32,000 nucleotides of DNA, from positions 2,280,001 to 2,312,000 of the forward strand of contig NC_017448.1 in NCBI RefSeq assembly GCF_000146505.1. Direction: 5' to 3'. This document shows, one piece after another, positions 8,618-16,915 of this stretch (its first letter is position 1; each line of letters opens with the position of its first letter). Origin of the DNA: Fibrobacter succinogenes subsp. succinogenes S85 (GTDB lineage Bacteria; Fibrobacterota; Fibrobacteria; Fibrobacterales; Fibrobacteraceae). The notes below the pieces were generated by a model that was not told the origin of the DNA, made no database searches, and saw only the letters and a program-made list of their open reading frames with translations. The position numbers were made by a program, and so were the translations under genes.

Positions 8618-10783
8618 TTCCTTGACGCAGCGGACGGGAGCCTTGATGTTGTTTATGTCACTGGAGAATTTGCGAGACTTTATTTCGTAGGTTGTTATTT
8701 CCGCTACCGTTATGTCTTTCCATCCGGTATCCTGGATCCAGAAGTACTGATAGTCGCTATTCACATAGACTTCTCTATTAAATAGGCCGGTCTTGGTGAA
8801 ACTCAGTCCATATTTATCCAATCCATCATAGCCAAGGCCCAAGCTATTCATCTGCGAGAACAATGCATTGAACAACTTTCGCGTCGAGGACACACTAACT
8901 TCTTCTGAGTCGTCAGGAGTACTTAGAAGTGCAACTTCGTTATTTGTCGGGAATCTCCATCCCTCCGGGCAGGCTTGTTTCGCAGCATTTATGGTATAGT
9001 AGTAACCAGAATTTTTGCAATTGTCACTTTTGCAGTATTTTTTGTCAACTTCAAAGGTTTCTGGAGTTCCTTGATACTTGAGATTTTCGGCCATCCATGT
9101 TGTTCCTCGGTAGCCAATGGTACGATAGGTGCGGCCATCTCTCGGATCTGAAAACGAGCCGTATTCAATGTTGGGATTGAAATAAAGTTCGTATGGAATT
9201 TCCCAGGATTCGTCTTTGCTTGAATACCACTTTCCGTCTTTGCAGGCATAATTCGTCTTGTATTTTTTGTCCTTTTCATTGGCCGTAGAGTACCTTGCGC
9301 CATTTTCGCAAGTGATTTCGTCAAATTGATGCCATTTGCCTTCATGGCACACATAATACATAGATTGGAGTTCTTGGCTTTCGAAATGTTTGCCCTCTTC
9401 GTCGCATGGGATCTTGTAGGTTTCCCTTTCCAAGCGGGTGGCTAATCCCCAAATGCCGTCCCTACAAATATGGAATGAATCTGGAGCCACGACGCTTTTT
9501 ATCATTTCCCCATTTTTTTCACAGGGAACGTCCGCGACTTCGGCTTCAAAAGGAGTCGCCTTGTCCCATGCATTTAGGGTATATTCTCGATTCCAGAGAT
9601 ATTCCCCGGTCCAGACGGTATCCCTACAAATATAAACCCCTCCAGGATTCAGTTTGCTCTTGAACAATGCTCCTACTGTATCGCACGGGATTTGCTTCAT
9701 TTCGATCTTGACGGTCGTTGTTGAATCCCATCCACTATCGGCTGTGCAAATATAGGAGCGTTCGGGGTTCTTGCGGCTCACGACGAACTTGCCGTCGGCG
9801 TCGCAGGGAATTCCCGACGTTTCGACATCCAGTGGAGAGGCTATTTCCCAATTGGTATAGGTATCGTCATTTATGGTATAATTGTCAGTTATGGTATAAG
9901 CGTAATACCTGCTACTTTTGCATACTAATGAACTGTCTTTGTTGAACATCCCGACCATCGCATCGCTGCAGTACGGCATTCCGGAGCACTTGCGCCAGAT
10001 GTTCTTGATGATGGCTTCCGGGTCCAAAATCTCGTGTTCATCGTATACGCATCCTATGGGCATGAAATTAAAGGCAACTTGGTCAAATGTATCGTATGGC
10101 TTATTACTGAAGCAGTAATTTTTCGGTTCAAGCTTGCCGTCTGCAAAATCGTCGACCAAATACGCTTTCAATTGATCGCTGCCACTTCTGTAAAGGTAGA
10201 ACAAGGTATATTCCATATAATATACCGGCATTTGGCGATCGGCAAGCAGGGAGTCTAGACCGAGTTCTTGCAACAGTTCTTCTGCCGCCTGTATCCAAGC
10301 GGAATCGTGTGCTGCTCCTTGTTTTTCAAGAACCTCGAGACGTTTTTCGACAAAGGCGCTCAGGACTCCATATTTCTCATCTTTCATCATAATGGCTGCG
10401 TACGAGGGCTCCTTGGCGGATCCCGCTTTTATCTTTGCTATTTTCGCAGCGGGCATCGCTTCCAGTAAGTCTGTGTAGACATTGGGGGCTGTTGTGCATC
10501 CGTGATTTTCCGGAATGTGTATTTTGACTTTGTATGAACTTGATGACTCCATTTTCACCGAGGAACTGCTTTCCTCCACGACAGAACTCGAGGATTTGAT
10601 TTCCAAAAGTGAACTAGACGAATTTTCTGAACTGGACGAACTTTCATTAATCGCAATGGCGGGTTCGTCTTCCCAAACGCCGGCGTCCTGTGGGTTTTCG
10701 GTTTCGGAGCAGGCGTCGAAAAATGCGATGGCAAGGAACAATGCGACAATCGGTAGGCTATTCAAAGTTTTCAACATTTTCAT
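8615..10783 (-). CDS. Lipoprotein with C-terminal FISUMP domain (Fibrobacter succinogenes major paralogous domain, TIGR02145 type)
   Basis: Lipobox is AIAFFDAC|SE, followed by a Ser-rich linker (SSSSSENSSSS...SSSS...). There are five repeats of (I/V)PC(D/E)xxG...(Y/F)(I/V)CxxGxW. The C-terminus reads FSDPRDGRTYRTIGYRGTTWMAENLKY...CPEGWRFPTNNE...FWIQD...PVRCVKE, which matches the FISUMP consensus as I know it. Confidence 0.85.
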   Translation of the reverse strand: MKMLKTLNSLPIVALFLAIAFFDACSETENPQDAGVWEDEPAIAINESSSSSENSSSSLLEIKSSSSVVEESSSSVKMESSSSYKVKIHIPENHGCTTAPNVYTDLLEAMPAAKIAKIKAGSAKEPSYAAIMMKDEKYGVLSAFVEKRLEVLEKQGAAHDSAWIQAAEELLQELGLDSLLADRQMPVYYMEYTLFYLYRSGSDQLKAYLVDDFADGKLEPKNYCFSNKPYDTFDQVAFNFMPIGCVYDEHEILDPEAIIKNIWRKCSGMPYCSDAMVGMFNKDSSLVCKSSRYYAYTITDNYTINDDTYTNWEIASPLDVETSGIPCDADGKFVVSRKNPERSYICTADSGWDSTTTVKIEMKQIPCDTVGALFKSKLNPGGVYICRDTVWTGEYLWNREYTLNAWDKATPFEAEVADVPCEKNGEMIKSVVAPDSFHICRDGIWGLATRLERETYKIPCDEEGKHFESQELQSMYYVCHEGKWHQFDEITCENGARYSTANEKDKKYKTNYACKDGKWYSSKDESWEIPYELYFNPNIEYGSFSDPRDGRTYRTIGYRGTTWMAENLKYQGTPETFEVDKKYCKSDNCKNSGYYYTINAAKQACPEGWRFPTNNEVALLSTPDDSEEVSVSSTRKLFNALFSQMNSLGLGYDGLDKYGLSFTKTGLFNREVYVNSDYQYFWIQDTGWKDITVAEITTYEIKSRKFSSDINNIKAPVRCVKE

Positions 10784-10791
10784 ACATTCCC

Positions 10792-11616
10792 CTAGGTTTC
10801 ATCGACTTTCTTCGTCAATGGGAAAAGTTGCAGATTCAGGCGGTAGACCTGGTTAATTTTTTTGCATTCGCCGGCGATGGCGGCTACCTTGCGGCGGCAC
10901 TCGTTCACCTCGCGCTCGATACGGCGGTAGGTAATTTCGTCGACGCCCATGGTGAGGCCCGAGACGCTTCGTTCGTCAACTTCTGTGTTGTCCAGCGACA
11001 GAAAGCCGAGACGGCCCATTTCGCGGTTCATGGAGCGTACCGTCAGGGGCAAGGCGTCCTTCGAAATCTTTACCATTTTCGAAGTCTGCTCGTAGGAATT
11101 CTCGCCCGTCTTTTTTAGAAGTCCTGTCTTTACCAAGAACTGGAGTGTATCGCGGACATCGAGCGCCGTAACCTCGGAATTGATTTTTGCGGCCATTTCG
11201 CTTGGAAGTGCGCCTGGCATCAGCGGGGCAAGTTCCCGCACGATCGGGCACACCGGATGTTCACAGAAGCGGAAACCGTCCGCATTCAGGACGTGCATCT
11301 TGTTCTCTTTGGCCGACTGCAGGATTTTCGCAAGCACGGTCTTCTTCTCGGCATCGCTTTTCACATGGCCCAATTGCACTAGGTTTTCAAAGAAGGTTCG
11401 TTCGAATCCCTCGAGACCCATAGCCTTCGCGACTTTTTGAATGCCGGGCTTGCTCAAGTTTGTCTTTCCGTCGCACACCAGTTTCAAGTACGTGGGCGAG
11501 ACGAATCCGGCTAGCTTGGCGAATTCCCTCCACGAAAACGCGGATGACTTCTTCCGCTCCTCGTAGAAATCGCGCATGTAGCAACGATAATCCAAATAAT
11601 TAAGAATGGGCTTCAT
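10792..11616 (-). CDS. TIGR02147 / DUF4423-type protein (putative HTH DNA-binding protein of a Fibrobacter paralogous family)
   Basis: ATG at 11616 is preceded by AAAGGAAAG; the ORF-track start at 11649 is a TTG. The N-terminus reads ILNYLDYRCYMRDFYEERKKSSAFSWREFAKLAGFVSPTYLKLVCDGKTNLS, typical of this family and HTH-like. At 274 aa it fits the family length of about 270 aa. It ends 8 nt upstream of the FISUMP gene on the same strand. Confidence 0.7.
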   Translation of the reverse strand: MKPILNYLDYRCYMRDFYEERKKSSAFSWREFAKLAGFVSPTYLKLVCDGKTNLSKPGIQKVAKAMGLEGFERTFFENLVQLGHVKSDAEKKTVLAKILQSAKENKMHVLNADGFRFCEHPVCPIVRELAPLMPGALPSEMAAKINSEVTALDVRDTLQFLVKTGLLKKTGENSYEQTSKMVKISKDALPLTVRSMNREMGRLGFLSLDNTEVDERSVSGLTMGVDEITYRRIEREVNECRRKVAAIAGECKKINQVYRLNLQLFPLTKKVDET

Positions 11617-11773
11617 GTTCACTTTCCTTTCGTTTTCAGTTGGCACCAATGCGCCCCGACATCTATAAATTTAATTTCGCGACATTTCTGAAGGCAATAA
11701 AAAAATATTACAAAGTCTTGAATTTTTGAGCAAAAACATCAATTTTTTTAATTTTTTAAAGCGAAATTTTAAT

Positions 11774-11795
11774 AATGATACGTTCGTGTATCATT
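11774..11795. promoter_or_regulatory. Perfect palindrome AATGATAC-N6-GTATCATT (candidate operator) in the divergent TIGR02147/folE intergenic region
   Basis: The sequence aatgatacGTTCGTgtatcatt has 8-bp perfect arms. A third GTATCAT half-site lies at 11803-11809. The surrounding intergenic region is 320 bp and AT-rich. Confidence 0.3.
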
Positions 11796-11971
11796 AAATA
11801 GCGTATCATATAGTCTAACAATCAAAACGCGAAAGACTTTGCAAACGTTCTTATTACTTTGTAAAAAAGTAATTTTTACTCGCTGGCGCAATTGCTGGAT
11901 TTAAAAGCCGTGATGCAATTTCAACCCGGTTGCGGTTGCCCGACACTGGATATTTTTTTATAATTGCTCCC

Positions 11972-12541
11972 ATGATGGATTTTAAGAAAATGGAAGACGG
12001 CTTCCGGATGATTCTGGAAGGCATGGGCGAAGACCCGAACCGCGAAGGTCTTATCGATACGCCGAAGCGTGTTGCAAAGATGTACGCCGAACTCATGACG
12101 GGCCTCTCGGGCGAAATGAAGGCCGAGGACATCCTCAAGACGCGTTTCCACGAAAAGTACGACGAAATGATCATCGTGCCGGATATCGAGTTCGCGAGCA
12201 TGTGCGAACACCATTTTCTGCCGTTTACGGGCAAGGCCCACGTGGCCTACATCCCGGGTGATTGCGTGGTCGGTCTTTCGAAAATCCCGCGCGTTGTGGA
12301 ATTTTATGCCCGCTTCCCGCAGATTCAGGAACGCATGACGCGCCAGATTGCAGAACTTATCCAAAAAGTGCTCCAGCCGAAGGGCGTTGCTGTGGTTCTT
12401 GAAGCTTCTCACATGTGCATGACGATGCGCGGTGTGAAAAAGCCGGGTGCAACCATGGTGACCACTCAGCTTTTGGGCCGTTTCAAGACGGACGAAAAGA
12501 CCCGCGCTGAATTCATGTCCCGCATTTACGCTCCAAGGTAA
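11972..12541 (+). CDS. folE: GTP cyclohydrolase I
   Basis: Motifs present: [40 protein letters not shown] and QERMTRQIA. Starting at ATG 11972/11975 gives about 189 aa, typical for FolE. The ORF-track start at 11930 adds an implausible leader. Confidence 0.93.
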   Translation: MMDFKKMEDGFRMILEGMGEDPNREGLIDTPKRVAKMYAELMTGLSGEMKAEDILKTRFHEKYDEMIIVPDIEFASMCEHHFLPFTGKAHVAYIPGDCVVGLSKIPRVVEFYARFPQIQERMTRQIAELIQKVLQPKGVAVVLEASHMCMTMRGVKKPGATMVTTQLLGRFKTDEKTRAEFMSRIYAPR

Positions 12542-12590
12542 ACATCCCTTAACATAACAAGACTGCTTGGATTTTTTGTCCATAGAAGGT

Positions 12591-12621
12591 GCCTCGTGAT
12601 TGGAATCACGGGGCTTTTTTT
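12591..12621 (+). terminator. Rho-independent terminator after folE
   Basis: Stem GCCTCGTGAT / ATCACGGGGC (one G-U pair) followed by TTTTTTT. Confidence 0.8.
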
Positions 12622-12676
12622 GGGGTATTTTACTTAGTGGATGGGACCGAGGTTTTGGTTAAGAGGAGTGCATAAA

Positions 12677-13978
12677 ATGAAATCAAAAATCCTAAAGATT
12701 GCTGTTTTGGCAAGTGCCATAGCTTTCATCAACTGCGGTGACGAAACCGCTCTTGCCCCTTACCTGAATGGTGGTGCTCAGGGGGTATCGTCAAGTTCGG
12801 ATGCTGTGGAATCTGAAATCTCTAGCTCTGACGTGGCTCTGCCAGGTTCTAGCGCTAATGCAGAAACGGGCTCGGAAACCTCGTCGAGTTCTGGTGCGGT
12901 TCAGCAGGGCTCCAATACCGATGCTCCCGCTTCCAGCAGCGACGAAAGCTGCTTGGCTTCTAGCCTGCCCGATGCATGCGGCCCGGGAACGAATCCGCTT
13001 CCGACTTCGAGCAGCGATGCTGCCGTAGCTTCTAGCGCCGACGCTCAGAGTGCTACTTCCAGCGCCAATGTGCAGGAGCCGGCATCGAGCTCTAGTGAAG
13101 CTGCAAAACCGGCTAGCTCTTCGAGCGAAAAGAAAGTCGAATCTTCTTCCAGCGAAACTAAGGTGGCATCCAGCTCCAGTGCCGAAGCCCCGAAGGGCAT
13201 TTTCCTTGCTAGTGGCAAGGAAGAAGAAAAGGACCAGATGCAGGTGGAATACAAGACCCGCACCGGCTGGGATGGCGGTGGAATCCTCTCGTATCCGAAG
13301 CAACTTTCTTCGACTCAAAAGCATGGCGTCGTGGTTTGGGGACCGGGTGGCGGTACCGAACCGGGTGCTTATGAAGGCATGATCCGCAGGCTCGCTTCTC
13401 ACGGCTTCGTGGTGATCGCTCTTAAGGAATCTCCGGGTGATGCATCCCAGGCCATAAAGGCTTTGGATTGGCTCGACAAGCAGAACAAGGATCAGAATAG
13501 CCCGCTGTTTGGCAAGCTCGACATGAATACGGTCGGTTGCTCCGGTCACTCCATGGGTGGTCTTGAATCTGAACAGGCTGTCATCAAGGACAAGCGCGTG
13601 CTTACGGCGTTCCTCAACAACAGTGGCGACTGGAATGGTGCAGGTGCAAAGAACGTGGCGACGGACCGTACGATTGCAATTCTCTTCGGTGAAGTCGGCA
13701 TGGAAAAGGACAACGCCAAGAACGACTACAACAATTCTGGCGTGAAGGCTCCGGCTTGCCTTATCGAAATGACGGGTGGCCCGCGTAACTCCGAAGGCGG
13801 TTATGGTCACGGTTCTGGCTCTTGGGATGGCATGGCAGCAACGGTTGCCTGGATGCGCTGGCATCTCGGTGGCGAAACGGAACGCAAGGCCGATTTCGTG
13901 GGTACGACCGGCAAGTATATCGATGGCAGCATCATCGGTAAGCAGGGCAAATGGAAGACCCAGTGTAAGAACTTCTAA
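12677..13978 (+). CDS. Secreted alpha/beta-hydrolase lipoprotein (cutinase / PETase / dienelactone-hydrolase-like esterase), copy 1
   Basis: ATG 12677 lies 8 nt after AAGAGGAG. The signal is MKSKILKIAVLASAIAFINC|GDE. A Ser/Ala-rich linker of about 150 aa follows. The catalytic domain has VVVWGPGGGTEPGAY, the nucleophile elbow GCSGHSMGG, GYGHGSG (a possible His) and the tail AWMRWHLGGE...QCKNF. Confidence 0.7.
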   Translation: MKSKILKIAVLASAIAFINCGDETALAPYLNGGAQGVSSSSDAVESEISSSDVALPGSSANAETGSETSSSSGAVQQGSNTDAPASSSDESCLASSLPDACGPGTNPLPTSSSDAAVASSADAQSATSSANVQEPASSSSEAAKPASSSSEKKVESSSSETKVASSSSAEAPKGIFLASGKEEEKDQMQVEYKTRTGWDGGGILSYPKQLSSTQKHGVVVWGPGGGTEPGAYEGMIRRLASHGFVVIALKESPGDASQAIKALDWLDKQNKDQNSPLFGKLDMNTVGCSGHSMGGLESEQAVIKDKRVLTAFLNNSGDWNGAGAKNVATDRTIAILFGEVGMEKDNAKNDYNNSGVKAPACLIEMTGGPRNSEGGYGHGSGSWDGMAATVAWMRWHLGGETERKADFVGTTGKYIDGSIIGKQGKWKTQCKNF

Positions 13979-14002
13979 AATTTCCACACTCCAACAACCA
14001 AG

Positions 14003-14035
14003 CGTCTCGATCAATTTGGTCGGGACGTTTTTTTT
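14003..14035 (+). terminator. Rho-independent terminator after esterase copy 1
   Basis: Stem CGTCTCGA / TCGGGACG followed by TTTTTTTT. A homologous hairpin follows copy 2. Confidence 0.7.
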
Positions 14036-14198
14036 GTATTGTGGCCTGCGATTTTTTTTGATTTGTTTCGTGATTTTAAATAAACTAAATAATTGCGGTC
14101 TTTGGATTTTTTATCCACGGGACTTTGTTCAAAACGTGAAATTTCAATGAAATTATAAGGTACTTTCTATACAGGTTATGGGTAAATAGGAGAACAAA

Positions 14199-15440
14199 AT
14201 GAAATCTAAACTCTTAAAAACTGTGGTGTTGGCCAGTTCCTTGGTCTTCCTGAATTGCGGTGACGATGTCACGTCTGCAATCAACAACTACGCTGCCGGA
14301 TTCTCGTCCAGCTCTGCTGAAGAAGTTCAGCCGGGTACGAGCTCTGACTCTCAGGGTGATGCTGGCACAGAAATTTCTAGCTCTGCAGCTCAGCAGAATC
14401 AAGACGCAATCCTTCCGGGTTCCAGTGCGGATGTTGGGCCGCAGGTGGAATCTAGCAGTACTGTCGCTCCGGGTGCAGAATCCTCTGCTGATGTTGCCGC
14501 AAGCTCTAGCTCTGTCGATGCTCCGGCATCGAGCTCCGAAAAAGCTCTGGTCGTAAGTTCCAGTTCGGTGAGTGCTCCTGCTGTAAGCTCCTCGAGTTCC
14601 GAAGAAAAGGTGGAATCCAGTTCTAGTGAAGAAGCAAAGCCGAAGGGCGTATTCCTTGCCGAAGGCTCGGACGAAACTAAGGACCAGATGCGAGTCAAGT
14701 ACATTGAACGCACCGGTCACGATGGCGGTGGAATCCTTGCTTATCCGGAACAGCTTTCTAACGACCAGAAGCACGCTGTTGTCGTGTGGGGGCCGGGTGG
14801 CGGCACGGAACCGGGTGCATACGGTGGAATTATCCGTCGTCTCGCATCTCACGGCTTTGTCGTGATTGCACTCCGTGAATCTCCGGGTAACGCAACCCAG
14901 GCAATTCCTGCCCTCAACTGGCTCGAAAAGAAGAACAAGGATCCGAATGATCCTCTGTACCAGAAGCTTGATATGACGAAGGTCGGTTGCTCCGGTCACT
15001 CCATGGGCGGTCTCGAATCTGAACAGGCCCTCATCAAGGACGATCGCGTGATTACCGCTATGCTCAACAACAGTGGTGACCTCGGACATACGGCTATGTC
15101 TCAGGTTTCTGCAAGCAAGACTGTCGGTATTGTTTATGGCGAAGGCGGCATGGAACGCCCGAACGCTGAAGCAGACTATAACAACCAGGGCGTCAAGGCT
15201 CCGGCTTGCCTCATCAAGATGACGGGCGGTCAGGGCAATGAATGCCAGCAGGGCGAATGCGGCTGGGGCCATGGTTCCGGTCCGTGGGGCGGCATGGCTG
15301 CAACGGTTGCCTGGATGCGTTGGCACCTCGGTGGCGAAGACTTCCGCAAGGCAGATTTCGTCGGTACGAGCGGCCGTTACATCAATGGTGAAATCATCGG
15401 TGAACGTGGCCATTGGAAAGGCCAGTGCAAGAACTTCTAA
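14199..15440 (+). CDS. Secreted alpha/beta-hydrolase lipoprotein (cutinase / PETase-like esterase), copy 2 (tandem paralog)
   Basis: The signal is MKSKLLKTVVLASSLVFLNC|GDD, followed by a Ser-rich linker. The catalytic domain is roughly 70% identical by eye to copy 1, with the same GCSGHSMGG, AWMRWHLGGE and QCKNF end. It carries an extra Cys-containing insert, GQGNECQQGECGWGHG. Confidence 0.7.
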   Translation: MKSKLLKTVVLASSLVFLNCGDDVTSAINNYAAGFSSSSAEEVQPGTSSDSQGDAGTEISSSAAQQNQDAILPGSSADVGPQVESSSTVAPGAESSADVAASSSSVDAPASSSEKALVVSSSSVSAPAVSSSSSEEKVESSSSEEAKPKGVFLAEGSDETKDQMRVKYIERTGHDGGGILAYPEQLSNDQKHAVVVWGPGGGTEPGAYGGIIRRLASHGFVVIALRESPGNATQAIPALNWLEKKNKDPNDPLYQKLDMTKVGCSGHSMGGLESEQALIKDDRVITAMLNNSGDLGHTAMSQVSASKTVGIVYGEGGMERPNAEADYNNQGVKAPACLIKMTGGQGNECQQGECGWGHGSGPWGGMAATVAWMRWHLGGEDFRKADFVGTSGRYINGEIIGERGHWKGQCKNF

Positions 15441-15465
15441 TCTCTTAAACACTCCAAACACCAAG

Positions 15466-15503
15466 CGCCTCGATCTTCATGGTCGAGGTGTTTGTTTTTT
15501 TTT
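15466..15503 (+). terminator. Rho-independent terminator after esterase copy 2
   Basis: Stem CGCCTCGA / TCGAGGTG followed by TTTGTTTTTTTTT. Confidence 0.7.
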
Positions 15504-15578
15504 ATAATTATCCACGAGAACAGTTTATAGGTATTATCCTAACTACTGTTTACTAACCACTAACCACGGTTTACCAGA

Positions 15579-16811
15579 ATGAACGCTGCTATCCTTACTA
15601 ACGAGTTTCCGCCAGAAATCTATGGCGGTGCAGGTATCCACGTCAAGTTCCTGAGCCAGGAACTTTCCAAGCTCTGCCACATCGAAGCACGCTGCTTTGG
15701 TCCGCAGAATGACGATGCAGACAATATCCGAGCCATTGGTTTTAGCCAGAAGCTAGAACATAATCCGGCTGATGAACGTTTCAAGAAAATCTTGAAGCCG
15801 CTTGATATTAATTTGCAGTGGATGTCCTCACTCAAGGATATCGATGTGATTCATTGCCATACGTGGTACAGCCATTTTGGTGGCGTGGTCGCAAGTCGCC
15901 TTTTGCAGTGCCCGCTTATTTTGACGACGCACTCGCTTGAACCGCACCGTCCGTGGAAAGCGGAACAGCTCGGTGACGGCGGCTATAACATGAGCTGCTG
16001 GATTGAACGCACCGCTTACGAAGCCGCAGACGGCGTGATTGCAGTGAGCGAGGGCATGAAGCGCGATGTGATGAAGCTTTACGGTGTGCCGGAAGATCGC
16101 GTGAAAGTTATATACAACGGCATTGATCCGGACTTTTACAAGCCCACATTCGACGAAGAAATCTTGAAGAAGTGGGGCGTGGATCCGAAGCGCCCGTTCG
16201 TGCTCTTTGTGGGCCGCATTACGCGCCAGAAGGGCATCAGCCAGCTCATTCAGGCTATCCCGCAAATCGACAAGAACGCTCAGGTGGTACTTTGCGCCGG
16301 TGCGCCGGATACGCAGGAACTTGCCGACGAATGCAAGCACTTGATTGAAGAAGTCCAGAAGACGCGCGATGGCGTCGTGTGGATTCAGGATGCCGTGCCG
16401 CATACGGAACTGCGCGTGCTCTATAGCCACGCAACCGTTTTTGCAACGCCGTCTCTTTATGAACCGTTCGGCATCATCAATCTCGAAGCCATGAGCTGCG
16501 GAACGCCGGTCGTTGGCTCTGCAGTCGGTGGCATTCCGGAAATCATTGTCGATGGCGAAACGGGTTACCTTGTGCCGCTCAAGGCTGTGTCCGATACGAA
16601 CTTTGAACCGGCAGACCCGAAGGCTTTCCAGACGGACTTTGCGAACAAGCTTAACAAGATTCTCGAGAATCCGGAACTTGCAAAGAAGATGGGCGAAGTC
16701 AGCCGCAAACGCGCCATTGACGTTTTCAGCTGGAAGACGATTGCCAAGCAGACTTTCGACTTCTATCAGGAATGCATCGAACGCTACAAGCGTGAAGGCA
16801 AGCGTATTTAG
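15579..16811 (+). CDS. glgA: Glycogen synthase, Corynebacterium-type (GT4 family glycosyltransferase)
   Basis: The N-terminus MNAAILTNEFPPEIYGGAGIHVKFLSQELSKLC matches the EYPPEVYGGAGVHV signature of TIGR02149-type GlgA. The GT4 C-terminal motifs are PSLYEPFGIINLEAMSCGTPVVGSAVGGIPEIIVDGETGYLV. Length is 410 aa. Confidence 0.75.
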   Translation: MNAAILTNEFPPEIYGGAGIHVKFLSQELSKLCHIEARCFGPQNDDADNIRAIGFSQKLEHNPADERFKKILKPLDINLQWMSSLKDIDVIHCHTWYSHFGGVVASRLLQCPLILTTHSLEPHRPWKAEQLGDGGYNMSCWIERTAYEAADGVIAVSEGMKRDVMKLYGVPEDRVKVIYNGIDPDFYKPTFDEEILKKWGVDPKRPFVLFVGRITRQKGISQLIQAIPQIDKNAQVVLCAGAPDTQELADECKHLIEEVQKTRDGVVWIQDAVPHTELRVLYSHATVFATPSLYEPFGIINLEAMSCGTPVVGSAVGGIPEIIVDGETGYLVPLKAVSDTNFEPADPKAFQTDFANKLNKILENPELAKKMGEVSRKRAIDVFSWKTIAKQTFDFYQECIERYKREGKRI

Positions 16812-16861
16812 AACTTAGCTCGGTCGCCAATTGGCGACCTCTTAGTGCTTAGAACTTAGAA
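16808..16861. repeat. Two copies of the AGAACTTAG intergenic motif flanking a GGTCGCC-AATT-GGCGACC hairpin
   Basis: AGAACTTAG occurs at 16810-16818, where it includes the glgA TAG stop, and at 16851-16859. A perfect 7-bp hairpin lies at 16822-16839. Confidence 0.6.
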
Positions 16862-16886
16862 AAGGTGGCCTCAAGCCACCTTTTTT
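16861..16886. terminator. Bidirectional rho-independent terminator between convergent glgA and dsbD
   Basis: The sequence is AAAGGTGGC-CTCAA-GCCACCTTTTTT. The stem is flanked by an A-run on one side and a T-run on the other, so it can serve both strands. Confidence 0.8.
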
Positions 16887-16915
16887 GCATCAGGATGATG
16901 TTTCCTAACCACTAA

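Noticed and set aside
11853-11971. Possible riboswitch (THF or preQ1-type) or attenuator in the folE leader, including the AT-rich hairpin ATTACTTT-GTAAA-AAAGTAAT followed by TTTTT
   Set aside because: I could not recognise the conserved cores of the THF or preQ1 riboswitches. The hairpin is all A/T and weak. An Rfam scan would be needed before calling anything.
12780-14640. Ser-rich nucleotide repeats in the esterase genes (and at about 10560-10660 in the FISUMP gene), considered as tandem-repeat or contingency loci
   Set aside because: They encode imperfect Ser/Ala/Glu/Pro linkers typical of secreted multi-domain proteins from fibre degraders. They have no exact nucleotide periodicity.
12791-15464. 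Two minus-strand ORFs of about 410 aa (12791..14014 and 14214..15464) antisense to the esterase genes
   Set aside because: Both are codon-aligned shadows caused by the absence of TTA/CTA/TCA in the sense genes. The sense products have clear lipoprotein signals and a GHSMGG hydrolase domain.
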